DNA from: Macrostomum lignano
Taxonomy: Eukaryota
Assembly (NCBI GenBank): GCA_002269645.1
Contig: NIVC01000628.1
Coordinates: 186,001 to 250,000 of the forward strand
Direction of reading: 5' to 3'
DNA length: 64,000 bases
Numbering within the stretch: the first letter of the stretch is position 1; every line of letters starts with the position of its first letter. Below the pieces are notes generated by a model, which did no database searches, had not been told where the DNA came from, and was given only the letters and a program-made list of their open reading frames with translations. This document shows, piece by piece, positions 35,130 to 46,380 of this stretch. A program made the translations under genes and the position numbers.

Positions 35130-35722
35130 GCGCTATAGCCTCACTGTCAGCCTCGTCAGCAGCTTTGGCAGCTCCGTCGTTTGAAGCTTGACATCGGTAT
35201 TCGCATTAGATGTAGTTGCTAATGGTCGTTCCAGCGCTATACTTACGAAATCCGAAATGCGAGTTACCCGAATGCAATTATTAGCTGACGTTTTAGACAA
35301 ATCGCATACGTCACTTAGGTGACGCATAAAATTAGCTAGCCAATTAATGCCTCGAACTTGGTTGATAGAGAAACGCAGGTTGCCGCTTCCATCGTTGGCT
35401 AAGGGGTGTGGAAAAAATGATTAATCCTTTGTGTTCTCAGGTAGGAGATTGCAGTAGTAGACGACAAACTCTCGTTGCTGTCCATAGAGACGAGCTTGCT
35501 TTGCTATGTTGTTCTGAGCACGCGTCGGATCGGTCGATTGATTTTTTGTTGGCATATCCGGTAGGCTCAAATATGCTTGGCCATCAGCGTCTACTCCTTC
35601 TACCAAAGTACCCTTCTTCTTCAGATACTTCAGGTGCTCTTGGCCGCGTTTATCTAACCTATAGAGTAACATAAATATCACTTCATCCTGAAGACGCTCT
35701 GCTGTACTTCTGTCAAAGTAAC
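35130..35722 (-). pseudogene. Crypton A tyrosine recombinase, 3' part (stop codon, degenerate catalytic motifs)
   Basis: YFDRSTAERLQDEVIF...KRGQEHLKYL...PTKNQ...RGINWLANFM...NNCIRVT; continues the frame of the 42024+ part once the LTR element is removed. Confidence 0.7.
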
Positions 35723-35926
35723 TGTTGTGTCTTCTGTTTTTTAATGACAAATCAAATGAGCAAGTCTGGAACTTATAATGTTAAGTATAAGGTATCACCC
35801 CCATGGACTGATTTATCTGGCCCACATACAAGACTGAGGACTGCGTTGGGGTGATACCTTATACGTACGTTGCGCTGGGAAGCAAATCATTTTGTTTATG
35901 GTTCGGCTTGGCTTATAGCCACAGCA
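35723..35926 (-). repeat. 3' LTR (204 bp); central ~80 bp differs from the 5' LTR
   Basis: Preceded by a PPT; the terminal ~62-bp blocks on each side are near-identical to the 5' LTR. Confidence 0.88.
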
Positions 35927-35999
35927 TCTCCCCCTTTTATAAAAATAACGAACAGTTTAAGTCCCAAACTTGAGTGATCAAGGAAGTCTCAAAATAGTC

Positions 36000-37955
36000 A
36001 CTTTTTTTAATCCCCGGCATGGCCCAGCCAATAGTCTATGGCCGTCATTTAACTGGCCGGGCCAAGAAAAAAGTAATTTCTTCGACCGGGCCATTAAACG
36101 GCCTTTAGAAAATTTCAAATAAGGATAAGAAAACTTAATATATATTGGTTTATTATCGAATAACGCAAAACATACTGAACTGTTTTTAATAAACATGGCA
36201 AAACAACAAGACCTCAACAGCTGGCAGATACACTCGTACCTCACAAGAATTGCTACACGAAACTCTGAAGTCTACACGATATTCATTAGTCGAAATAGAT
36301 CACTACCTTGTTGTTGACTCCGTCAGCTTCTATTCTCATTCTCTTCTTTTCGGTTCCGGAACAGAAATTCCAACCTTCTCTAGCGCGACGACAGCCGTTT
36401 CCTTGGCGTCAGGAGCCACCAGGAGCGACTCTGGACCGTCCGCAGCCAGATCCACAGCCAGAACAGCTTCATTGACATCGGAACTCTTATGCCCGTCGAA
36501 TTCCCGGCAATGATGGCACTAGTACGACGTTGCACGCCAACAGACATGCCAATGTAGCGTTCAATGGCGCTGCTACTATGACCTGTGATACGAATGTTTT
36601 TTCAATAAAAGAAAAAATATTTAATATAAGATAATATTTTAATGTAAGAAAAGTAAAACTTTATGACCTGTGATCCAACAAATGTCCGCGCGTTTAATTC
36701 CAGCGTCGTGTAATCGGGTAGCAGTTGTCTTCTGCAAGCTTTGGTTGGTGTACCGTCCAGAATCTTCCGGCGCCACCTTAGACGTCAAGTTGGACACCAG
36801 TCCGGCCAAAGAATGTCGACCCATCGGCGTTTTCGTGAACCATCCACCAGACTTTCCCGGCGCCCAGAACCGTTTGGGCGACAAAAAGAGCGCTTGGTCA
36901 GAGTCCTCAGGTCGCTTTGCGATGTAAGCCTTGTAGACACACACGATACATCGCTCATGGCTATCAGAATTGAATGCACGGACGACCTTTGGATCCCGTC
37001 GCAACTCCTTCAGTCCGCCCTGGTGCGTCTTCGTCACAGAATTGTTCACGTACTTTAGACACTCGCTTCCATCGACGCAATCCAGTAGAATCTGCTTCTC
37101 AAATTGCAAATCTCTGAGCTCGGAACCACCACGCAAAGCAAAATGCTTGCCAACAAGCCACACAATCTCCAAGAAGTTCGGAGCCCCAGAGGCAGTCCTC
37201 GACAGAACACGGAATGGCTTCAGCTCGACGGACGGAGTCCGGCACATTTTCCATCCCTCGTTGAGAGCTTCATTAAAGCATCCAATGCTCGTCGACTCTC
37301 GCTAAATTCCGGTTCCTTCCAGAAACTCCGATCCTTCTTTAAGGTGTTTTGAACATAGTACTGGATCATAGAAAACAGGTCTTTTAACGTCGACGCGGTG
37401 TATCATTCACCTTCGTGGGTTCTCACTTCAAATACAAAAAACTTGAGCAGGTAGTTCAGATCGCCTTTGCTCATTTCTTCGCAACTCTTAATCACCATCA
37501 GGCCAGTTGTAGTTCCATCAGCCCAAGCAGTCTTCTTAGCCTCGTGCCATGCAGTAAAGACGCTCATAGCCCAATCGGCCTTTTTCCTCGTTGACGCAGG
37601 TGCACTTGCCAACAGCTCTCTCTCAATGTCTTCATTTGTGATCATCTTGAAGCGTTGGACTCCTCCGTTCTTCTCTTCGTAGAAGTCGAGCAGCTCCTCA
37701 GAAATAAAAAACTCCGACGGGTTTTGAGAAGCTCTATTTTCCATATCAATTGATTCAGTTTATTAATTGATTGATTTCGCCTTGCAGAATATCTTCACGG
37801 CCATATACACATTTTGGGGAGGGTCCCAGGCTGAACTATGCTCAAGATTAAATACGATACTGCCCCCCAAAAACTGCGCCTCGGCCAAGAAACGAGTCCT
37901 CAGCCAACTTCATGGCCAAAGAAACGTTTTGGGGGGTATTATCTTATACGTAAAT
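36000..37955 (-). mobile_element. Crypton-like element B nested between the integrase end and the PPT
   Basis: YR ORF remnants; hairpin at ~37850-37950; ~36005-36050 resembles the reverse complement of ~37800-37855. Ends are approximate. Confidence 0.6.
36335..37744 (-). pseudogene. Crypton B tyrosine recombinase (ZMYM/DUF3504-like), inactivated
   Basis: TRKKADWAMSVF...EVR, HFALRGGSELRDL, KTHQGG, TNQSLQ (canonical TNHSLR), ITGH|SSSAIERY; in-frame TGA at 37403 and a frameshift near 37180. Confidence 0.85.
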
Positions 37956-38163
37956 CACTCTTTGCTTGCTTGGCTTGCCGCGTGCTGCGCCGTGGCAATT
38001 CCTGTATAGCTGGCTTAAACGTATGGTCCACTCGGACTGACTCAGACTCAGAATCCATTTGCAGTTCCGAAATGCCATCGTCATCGTGCACATGCTTTCC
38101 ACCAGGGTTGCCATCGTTTTTACGCATCATTGGGTTTCCAATGCTGACATCCTTGTTCGAATC

Positions 38164-41121
38164 TCATTGATCGTCTCCCTGAGACTTCGGGTCTGAGCTT
38201 GTTCGTTGAAGCTGATCTCTGTGCACTTTCTGGAATCTTCCGTCTTCCAGCTTGACAATTGCGGTATTCCTTCCCAATGGATTGATCAGCCTGGCCTCGT
38301 GTGTTGACTTCTCCGTCTTGTACACTACGGTTTCACCAGGACTCCATCCAGCTGCTGACATCAAAGGTACACGCAGTTTTCTTCCCATCAGTAATTCTGC
38401 TAGAATAGAAGGTACCTGTCGATTGCGGCTTGGGAAAATCTATTTGCACTGACAGCTTTTTTATTGTACGAACAAATCGCTCAGTCAGACCGTTGCTAGC
38501 TGGGTGGTATGCTGGGGTCGTTACATGATCTCACCCGATTTGAGTCAACCAACCTTGTGTCTCTTGGCTAACAAAGCTTGATCCATTGTCGGACACCAGG
38601 ACTCTCGGTACCCCTAGCTGGGAGAATGTTCTTCTCAACCTCGAGATCACCGTAGCGGATGTCATGTCCCGTGTCACGTGCACCTCTGGATAGTTCGAAT
38701 GAGAATCAACCATGACGAGCAAATTATTGTCCTTCTATCGGACCCGCAAAATCGATGTGAATTCGATCCCAGGGGCCTTGTGGTGCTTGCCATGAAGTTC
38801 GGAAATTTCGATTTAGAGGCTTCGCCTTCTTGCATGTCAGACAACAACCAACTACACGCTCTACCGCCTTATCGACACCTGGCCACCAGAAGTACTCGCG
38901 CAATAGAGACTTAGTGCGTGTCATGCCTAGGTGTACACCGTGAGCTGCGTTCACTGCTTTATCTTGAAGTGCAACTGGCAACACTATCTTGGACCCACGA
39001 AGCACCAAGTCTCCCTCAGTTGATAGTTCTCCAGCCAGTGGTTTGTAGCTACCCATCTCACTGTTCTAGAACTGTCCAGTTTGAATTGCCTCTCGGAGAG
39101 TTCGCAGTTCGTGGCACTTCCTGGGCCAAAACCGAAAATCGGTCAGCTTGAGCAGATGACTTTCTCTGCTCAAGAGATGGATTGCACCAGTCGCGTGAGT
39201 TGGAGCCTCCATCGAAGCGTTTACAAACCTAGATAGTGCATCAGATCGCATCTCCACCAACTTCCGATATGTTATGCTGTAGTCGTAGCCGGACAGTAAA
39301 ATAGCCCATCTTTGCAGGCGCGCCGAAACCCTTTCTGGTAGCTGACTAGAGGGTCCGAACACGAAGGTCAGAGGACGGTGGTCAGTTACTAGCGAGAATT
39401 CTCTGCCACAAAGAAACCGGTGACATCGTCGAATGCCCCAGACAATCGCCAATGCTTCGCGTTCGATCTGTGAATATTCTCTTTTGCGCCGGTGACAACA
39501 ACTTGCTAATGAAGATTATGGGTCTGCCTTCCTGAGAGAGCACGCCACCAATGGCCACCTGCGAAGCGTCACATTCGATTTCCACTGTTTTCTTCGGATC
39601 GTACGAATGCAACATAGACTCAGTCGACAGTGCCATCTTGATCTTATTGAAAGCTTGTTCGTGCTTGTCTGTCTAAGTGAACTCGGCTCCTCTGCGTCTA
39701 AGCTGTGACAGGGGCTCAATGAGTTCTGCGAGGTTGCGAATAAATTTACCGCAGAAATTAACGAGGCCAAGAAACGATTCCTATTCCGGTAGATTTTTAG
39801 GGGCTGACATCTCCCTTAACGCGTGCACCTTCTCTTAATCTGGCTTCACTGTCCCTGACTCGAGAATGTGACCCAGAAAGCGGACCCGAGTCTGCATTAT
39901 CTAACATTTTTCCTCGTTTGCTGTCAAGTTGTGCTTGGCCAACCGTGCTCTAACTTCGGCTTCTCTGTCTCTGAGGTCTTCTTTGGTCACGCCGCCAATG
40001 AGAATATCATCGACATATGCTACTGGTCCAGAAATTCCTTGAATCACTTCTACAATGTAACGTTGGAAAATACTGGGGGCAGTCTTTAACCCAAAGACTA
40101 GACGGTTGTATCTGAAGTTCCCGAATGGTGTAGACATCACAGTGATATCCTTGGAAGAGTCGTCTAGGTGCACCTGGTTATATGCTTTCTCGAGATCCAG
40201 AATCGTGTAGTATTTGCAATTTGTCACTGCTGCGAATGCTTCTTCAACTGTCGGCAACGGGTAGCTATCCCGCTGTAGCTGTGGATTGACTGTCGTCTTA
40301 TAGTCGACACAGATCCTGAGACCGCCATTGGGTTCTTGCACAGTCACAATGGGTGACGCCCACTGCGAAAAGCTAACTTGCTCGATCACTCCGTCAGTCA
40401 CAAGCTTGTCGATCTCGCATTTCAGACGCTCGCGCAATGCGAATGGCACAGGCCTCGCTTTGATGTACTTGGGCACTGCGCCATCGACTAATCGGAACGG
40501 AACTTGCCTTGCCTTGAACGGAACTGAATCTTTCATCTCTGTATGTCCAATAGAGACGCATTCCGGATTGAGTTTGATGACATCTCGTCCGAGCAATGCA
40601 AAGTTGCGGTTTGAGCGGACTACTTGAAACGTAATCTTGATGTTTCTTCCTTTCCGTTCCGTGACGACAGGCAATGAACCCAACTGGTCGAATTTGTGTC
40701 CGTCGGTGTAGCCCACCAAAGTCGAGGTGCTACCTCGCAACTTCGGCTTTCCAAATTTACACCACAGCTTGCTGGACAGAACTGAAACCGAAGCTCCCGT
40801 GTCAATCTGACAGATTATGGATTGCATTTTGCCTTCTACTTGACATGCCAGCTTTACTGTAGAGCACGACGCTTCTCTGCCAGTGTCAGTGTGCAAAATG
40901 TCTCTTTGTGCAGAATCCTCAGCCACAAAGTTCTGTTGACTGGGTATGCTTGACCGACATGCCTTTTGAAAATGGTTTGGCTTACCGCATCTCTTGCAGG
41001 TTTTTCCCATAGCCGGACATGCTGTATTTGGATGCTGGTTGCCACCACAACGAGGGCACTTCTTGTCTCCTCTGGGTGGGATCGGCCTAGACAGTTTTGG
41101 CTTTGAGCTGCCGATTTTCAT
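38164..41121 (-). pseudogene. Gypsy pol (zinc knuckles, protease, RT, RNase H, integrase) with stops and frameshifts
   Basis: CxxCGKPNHxxxxC, IDTGASVS, WASPIV, YVDDILI, CDASQVAIG, H..HLG...C..C, IHIDFAGP, VSDNG. Confidence 0.92.
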
Positions 41122-41798
41122 GACCGTCCCTTTCGCTTTTGATGTGACGCATACGCCTCGGCTTCCGCCACAGCAGCCTTGAAGGTTAGCTCCTCAAAAT
41201 CTCGGATTAGCAGCTTTGCTATGATGACTTTGTCATTCAGTCCGCAGATGAATTGGTCCCGGAGCCGTTCCTCCTTGACCTTGTTGCTAAATGCACATTT
41301 ATCCGACGCTTTGAGCAGCCTCTCAGCGAATGCTCGAATGCCCTCTTTTGCGTCCTTCTTGGCATTTTGAAAGGCGTACCGTTCAGACAGGACATATGTT
41401 TTAGGCACCAGGATCTCCTTCAGCGCCTTGTTGAGCTCTTCGAAAGACATTGTGCTCGGTAATGTACACAGAGCCAGATGATCCGCCAGAGTGTCGTACA
41501 GACCAGCAGACAGACGCATGAGCAAAATCTGCGCCCTTTCTTCTTCTCCCCATTTGCAGAGATTGGCCGTAACTGTGAAGCGTTCCATCCATCGTGGAAG
41601 CGACTTTCCTTCCTCCAGCTTCTCAATGTCGATCATGTTGAGCATGTTGTTTCCGATCATTGGCTGGTGGAATTGTGCAGTTTGGCCGATTCCTTCCAGA
41701 CTCGAAGGCAGTGGCACTTTGCCATCCTTAGTCACCGTCTTTGCTGCAGACTTCACTGGCGATGCCATTTTCTCAGCTGCCGGTGTTGGTGGTGCCAT
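41118..41798 (-). pseudogene. Gypsy gag
   Basis: WMERF...LLMRLSAGLYDTL...VLSERYAF...ERLRDQFICGL; frameshifted relative to the downstream CCHC knuckles. Confidence 0.8.
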
Positions 41799-41815
41799 CC
41801 TGCTTGCGATGCCAC

Positions 41816-42023
41816 TGTTGTGTCTTCTGTTTTTTAATGACAAATCAAATGAGCAAGTCTGAAACTTAAAATGTTAAATTAACCAGCCGATCTTCGACTC
41901 TTGTCTTATTATTTATTTCTGCAAGCCTAGCTTGCTCTTGTTACGCGTAGATCGCTAAAGCGTACGGTGCGCTGGGAAGCAAATCATTTTGTTTATGGTT
42001 CGGCTTGGCTTATAGCCACAGCA
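41816..42023 (-). repeat. 5' LTR (208 bp)
   Basis: TG..CA termini; followed by PBS and the gag ATG at 41798. Confidence 0.88.
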
Positions 42024-42493
42024 GTATCTGCGAGGTCTTACTAGGTCACCTTCCTCGATTGGTGGATATTGTCTTCTGACAGAACCAGATCCAATATACT
42101 CTCGTACTTTGACAAGCAGCATTCGATTTGCAGCAGCAAATTCGTCTCCAGAAATTATGTTGACAGAGCGCTTGAGAACCAAGCAGAAATATCTCTGAAT
42201 GCCGGCATGCATGCAAACCAAGGAAGCAGGTGAGTAAACTCCACCGTCAACTTCTTCAAAGAGAAGTAATTAAAACGTAGAAACTCGTTTAGGATGGTCT
42301 CCGACATTGTCACAGGCGAAACTTCAGTTTGTCTTCCTAGAAACTCCACGAACGCTTTACCATGCTGGAACATCTGTTCTCGCGTAGTCTTGGCTAGCAA
42401 GTCGATTTCAACGCGATCTAGATCTATAATCGGCAAAACAGCATCTTCTGGTAGATCGGGTAGAGTAGTGTTCAGTAGCAGCTGGGTCATCAT
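42024..42493 (-). pseudogene. Crypton A tyrosine recombinase, 5' part (frameshifted)
   Basis: FLRFNYFSLKK / VDGGVYSPASLVCMHAGIQRY...EFAAANRML...PPIEEGDL resembles the N-terminal half of DUF3504/KCTD1-type YR. Confidence 0.7.
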
Positions 42494-43866
42494 TGGTAGG
42501 ATCTATAGGTAGTGAATAAAACTCATTAGATCAGCGTCATCAGCGTGGTCTTTTGCACTCAACATAGGAAGAAAATCCATTTCGTTGGCAGACACCGTTA
42601 AGGGAGTCGGTTGGCAAGTTTTTCCAATTTATTAGATGCGTTCTAGAGAAGAGTAGACAGTGTTCAACCAAATCAAGCTTATAAAAATCGAACCAAAGCC
42701 CTATGTGTTCTTCTCCTTTTTCACTCCATAGTCTATAGCACAGTTGTAGCGGTCTGATGTATGTCTATGGCCAAAATCTGCGCAGTCTGGAACGTTTCTG
42801 ATTTGCAGAGGCATCGTTAAACAATCGGTATTAAAACAACGCTTCAGCGTTAAACAATGCTTCTAGTCGAGTATGCTAAACGATATAGTAACAATAAGCT
42901 TATTCATATGGTACTAGAGGTAAACAATAAGCAAAATCACTAGTGGCTGTACTTCAAGACAGACAAGCAGTGGCTACGCCACTCGTGATTTTGCTTATTG
43001 TTTACCTCTTATAGTACCATACGAATAATCTACCATTGCTTGTCTATCTGTTTAATTAGGTTCTTCGATCGGGAGCTATTTTACTGTGTTTTTTAGTTCA
43101 CACCTCACTACATAGGAAAGCAAAGGTTTGCGCTGGATCAGACAGGTGAAAGTATATCTGGTACATATACCTGTGATTTATTGCGAGCAACGTGTTATCT
43201 AAAGCTGTTCCCTAGCTGAGAGGGTCTGGCTTGCCTCGGCCAATCACTGCACTCGAATGCTTCATTGGCCTGCTGTAGTACTCGTATATACATGTATTTC
43301 TTTCTAGCCCATATCGCAGCGCTTCGGTTTGCTTGTGTTAGCTGTTAAGAAAACATTTCGTAAAAGTATAGTTGAACCCGCGGCTTCGAACTGCAAAGTC
43401 ATCATGGTACTCTTGGGTGAGGCTGTTCGCGAGATCTGCCGTCAGGGCCTGTTCTGCAAGATGACCTCCGGGGAGCTGATGTGTAAGGAGGAATATTGCT
43501 GATATCTGAAATTTTTGGCAGCTATGCTTTGTAAAACTCAAGAAACTTTGTCACCGAAAGACAGAATCTTTCACAATATCGAAATTTCGCATAGTCGATA
43601 ATAGCATAATGATGCAATTTTTCACATGACAGACCTGCGCGGTCCCTTCAGCGCGATAAATTTCAACCTCGAAAGCTGGCAATTTTCAAAAAATACTATA
43701 ATTTGCTAGTCGTATTGAAAACTTGATACTGTAGAGTCTTGAAACTCAAATTCTGTTGCTAATATTAAGACATGGCTATGCACGTTGAACACTCGAATAC
43801 TCAAAACCTCGATTCGCAGCGACACGGGAGGAGCGAACCCTCACCGTCCAGCATCCGATCGTGCTG

Positions 43867-43910
43867 ATGGCCCACTGCCTCTGGTGCGGCTCGTCTGCGA
43901 TTAACGAAGC
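43867..43910 (+). CDS. NPY/NPF-receptor-like GPCR, probable coding exon 1
   Basis: ATG...GAA GC|GTAAGT; this phase-2 donor matches the phase-2 acceptors at 44997/45069/45141, and the large exon has no in-frame ATG upstream of TM1. Confidence 0.5.
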
Positions 43911-44249
43911 GTAAGTTGAGCTTAAGTCCCTGCCTCAGAGTTTGCATTGGTGATACTTGTGTGACTTTACTTGTGCGTATGTGTGCAGTTTTACCAACAT
44001 CAACCAAACCAAATTAATGCGGTCTAGTTCCTTTACTAAACACGATGATCAGATGGTCAAGTTCCTTGAAACAACGCTAGGGTGCAGTAGAGTCTCTCAT
44101 TTACAGTGATGCAGTCCCAGTTTCTAAACCAGCCACTAAAAACACAATGACTTCAGTCCAGTTTCTTATTAGGAACAAAAAAATAAAGTCCAATAGACCA
44201 CTGATGCCATCCAAATCACTGAATGAAGCACTGAACACATGATGCGGTC

Positions 44250-44975
44250 CAGTTCCTAAATGAACCACTGAACACAATGATGCGGTCCAGTTCCTAAATG
44301 AAACACTGAACACAATGATGCGGTCCAATTCCTAAATGAAACACTGAACACAATGATGCGGTCCAATTCCTAAATGAAACACTGAACACAATGATGCGGT
44401 CCAGTTCCTAAATAAACCACGGAACACAATGATGCTGTCCAGTTCCTAAATGAAACACTGAACACAATGATGCTGTCCAGTTCCTAAATGAAACACTGAA
44501 CACAATGATGCGGTCCAGTTCCTAAATGAAACACTGAACACAATGATGCGGTCCAGTTCCTAAATGAAACACTGAACACAATGATGCGGTCCAGTTCCTA
44601 AATGAAACACTGAACACAATGATGCGGTCCAGTTCCTAAATGAACCACTGAACACAATGATGCGGTCCAGTTCCTAAATGAAACACTGAACACAATGATG
44701 CGATCCAGTTCCTAAATGAACCACTGAACACAATGATGCGGTCCAGTTCCTAAATGAAACACTAAACACAATGATGCGGTCCAGTTCCTAAATCAAACAC
44801 TGAACACGATGATGCGGTCCAGTTCCTAAATGAACCACTGAACACAATGATGCGGTCCAGTTCCTAAATGAACCACTGAACACAATGATGCGGTCCAGTT
44901 CCTAAATAAACCACGGAACACAATGATGCTGTCCAGTTCCTAAATGAAACACTGAACACAATGATGCGGTCCAGT
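44250..44975. repeat. 38-bp satellite in GPCR intron 1
   Basis: aatgatgcggtccagttcctaaatgaaacactgaacac. Confidence 0.93.
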
Positions 44976-45195
44976 TTCTATCTTTCCATCCCTCAGATCC
45001 AGCTGCTTCAGCCACATCCTGCCCAACCTGAACAGCTCGGGTCCAGTTTCTATCTTTCCATCCCTCAGATCCAGCTGCTTCAGCCACATCCTGTCCAACC
45101 TGAACAGCTCGGGTCCAGTTTCTATCTTTCCATCCCTCAGATCCAGCTGCTTCAGCCACATCCTGTCCAACCTGAACAGCTCGGGTCCAGTTTCC
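44968..45195. repeat. 72-bp tandem triplication spanning the GPCR intron-1 acceptor
   Basis: cctcag|atcc exon starts at 44997, 45069 and 45141. Confidence 0.92.
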
Positions 45196-46126
45196 CAACT
45201 GTCGCACCCGTCGTCAAAGTCGACGCAACAGCCGCAGTTGCAGCAGTCGAATTTAAGCCATCTCGACGATGGCGTCAAAGTCACAGCCGCCGTAGGCGTG
45301 GCCGTTGCTCTCCACTGCCTGCTGATCGCAGTCGGCCTCGTGAGCAATTTGCTCGTGTCCGGGATGCTCATCCGTAGGCGCCAGTTCGCCAACGTGACCA
45401 ACCTGTTCGTCCTTGGCCTGTCCCTGTCGGACATCCTCATCTGCGGCCTGCTGATGCCTTCGCTGATGTACTACGACCTGTCCAGACGGGGCTATATCTC
45501 GGCCAGCCCGCCCGGCCGGCTCTACTGCCAGCTGCTGCTCACCTCGCTAAACGTGCCGATCTACGCCAGCTGCCTCATCATCCTGTGGATCGCGGTGGAT
45601 CGGCACCGCCTCATTTGCCAGCCGCATCGTCGCCGGATGTCCCGGCCGGTGGCCGTCGGCCTCCTGCTGCTGACCGGCTTGGTCAGCGCGCTCGTCCACT
45701 CGCCGACTGTGGCGTTCAACGCGCCGCCAGACGGCCGACGGAGCCAGTTCTGCGCCGAGCAGTGGCCAGACAAGCGGCTGCGGCTGGCCTACTCGATCGG
45801 CGCCTTCTGCCTGCAGTTCTGCACTCCGCTGCTCGTCACCGGGGCGCTGTACAGCCGCATCTACCGCCGCCTGCAGGTCCGGGCGGCCAACCGGCAGCGC
45901 CGGGAGACCCGGCGGAAGCGGCGCACCAATCGAATCCTCGTTGCCATAGTGATCAGCTTCGCCATCTTCTGGAGTCCCTGGTCGGTGTTCAACGTGGTGT
46001 CGGAGATCGAGCAGTTCAAGAGGCGGGCCGATCCGGTCGAAGTGGCCGCCTTCTTGGATTGCGTCAACATGACCCAGCCGTGGGACACCGTCAATGAGAA
46101 CCTGCGTACTCTCTTCGACTCTTACA
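45141..46126 (+). CDS. Class A GPCR, NPY/NPF/sNPF-receptor-like, TM1-TM6 exon (alternative in-frame starts at 44997 and 45069)
   Basis: VSN...NVTNLFVLGLSLSD, IAVDRH, FCAEQWP, RRTNRILVAIVISFAIFWSP; donor A|GTGAGT. Confidence 0.88.
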
Positions 46127-46380
46127 GTGAGTCTTTGGGTTGTAATCGGACAGCGAGAGTCTGTGGGTTGTACTCGGACAGTGACAGTCTGTGAATTTTA
46201 CTCGGACAGTGAGAGTCTGTGGGTTGCACTCGGACAGTGAGAGTCTGAATGTTGTACTCGGACAGTGAGAGTCTGAAGGTTGTACTCGGACAGTGACAGT
46301 CTGTGAATTGTACTCGGACAGTGAGAGTCTGTGAATTGTACTCGGACAGTCTGTGGCTTGGCTTGTTAGACTCGGACAGC
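46127..46380. repeat. 28-bp tandem repeat starting at the GPCR exon 2 donor
   Basis: tactcggacagtgagagtctgtgggttg units. Confidence 0.88.

Larger units (their letters stand above)
35723..42023 (-). mobile_element. Ty3/Gypsy LTR retrotransposon (decayed) with 5-bp TSD
   Basis: TG...CA LTRs at 41816-42023 and 35723-35926; PBS TGGCATCGCAAGCAGGAT at 41814; PPT AAAAGGGGGAGA next to 35927; TSD GTAAC/GTATC; gag, protease, RT, RNase H and integrase remnants in Gypsy order. Confidence 0.9.
34747..43027 (-). mobile_element. Crypton-like tyrosine recombinase element A (decayed), host of the nested insertions
   Basis: YR-like ORF split by the LTR element. Left end 34747-34788 is an imperfect inverted repeat of ~42870-42917, and there is a terminal hairpin (42901-42947 / 42978-43027). 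Boundaries are approximate. Confidence 0.6.

Noticed and set aside
44250-44975. Tandem C/D-box snoRNA-like motifs (ATGATG...CTGA)
   Set aside because: Box C is imperfect, the 38-bp unit is too short, and there is no terminal stem or recognisable guide.
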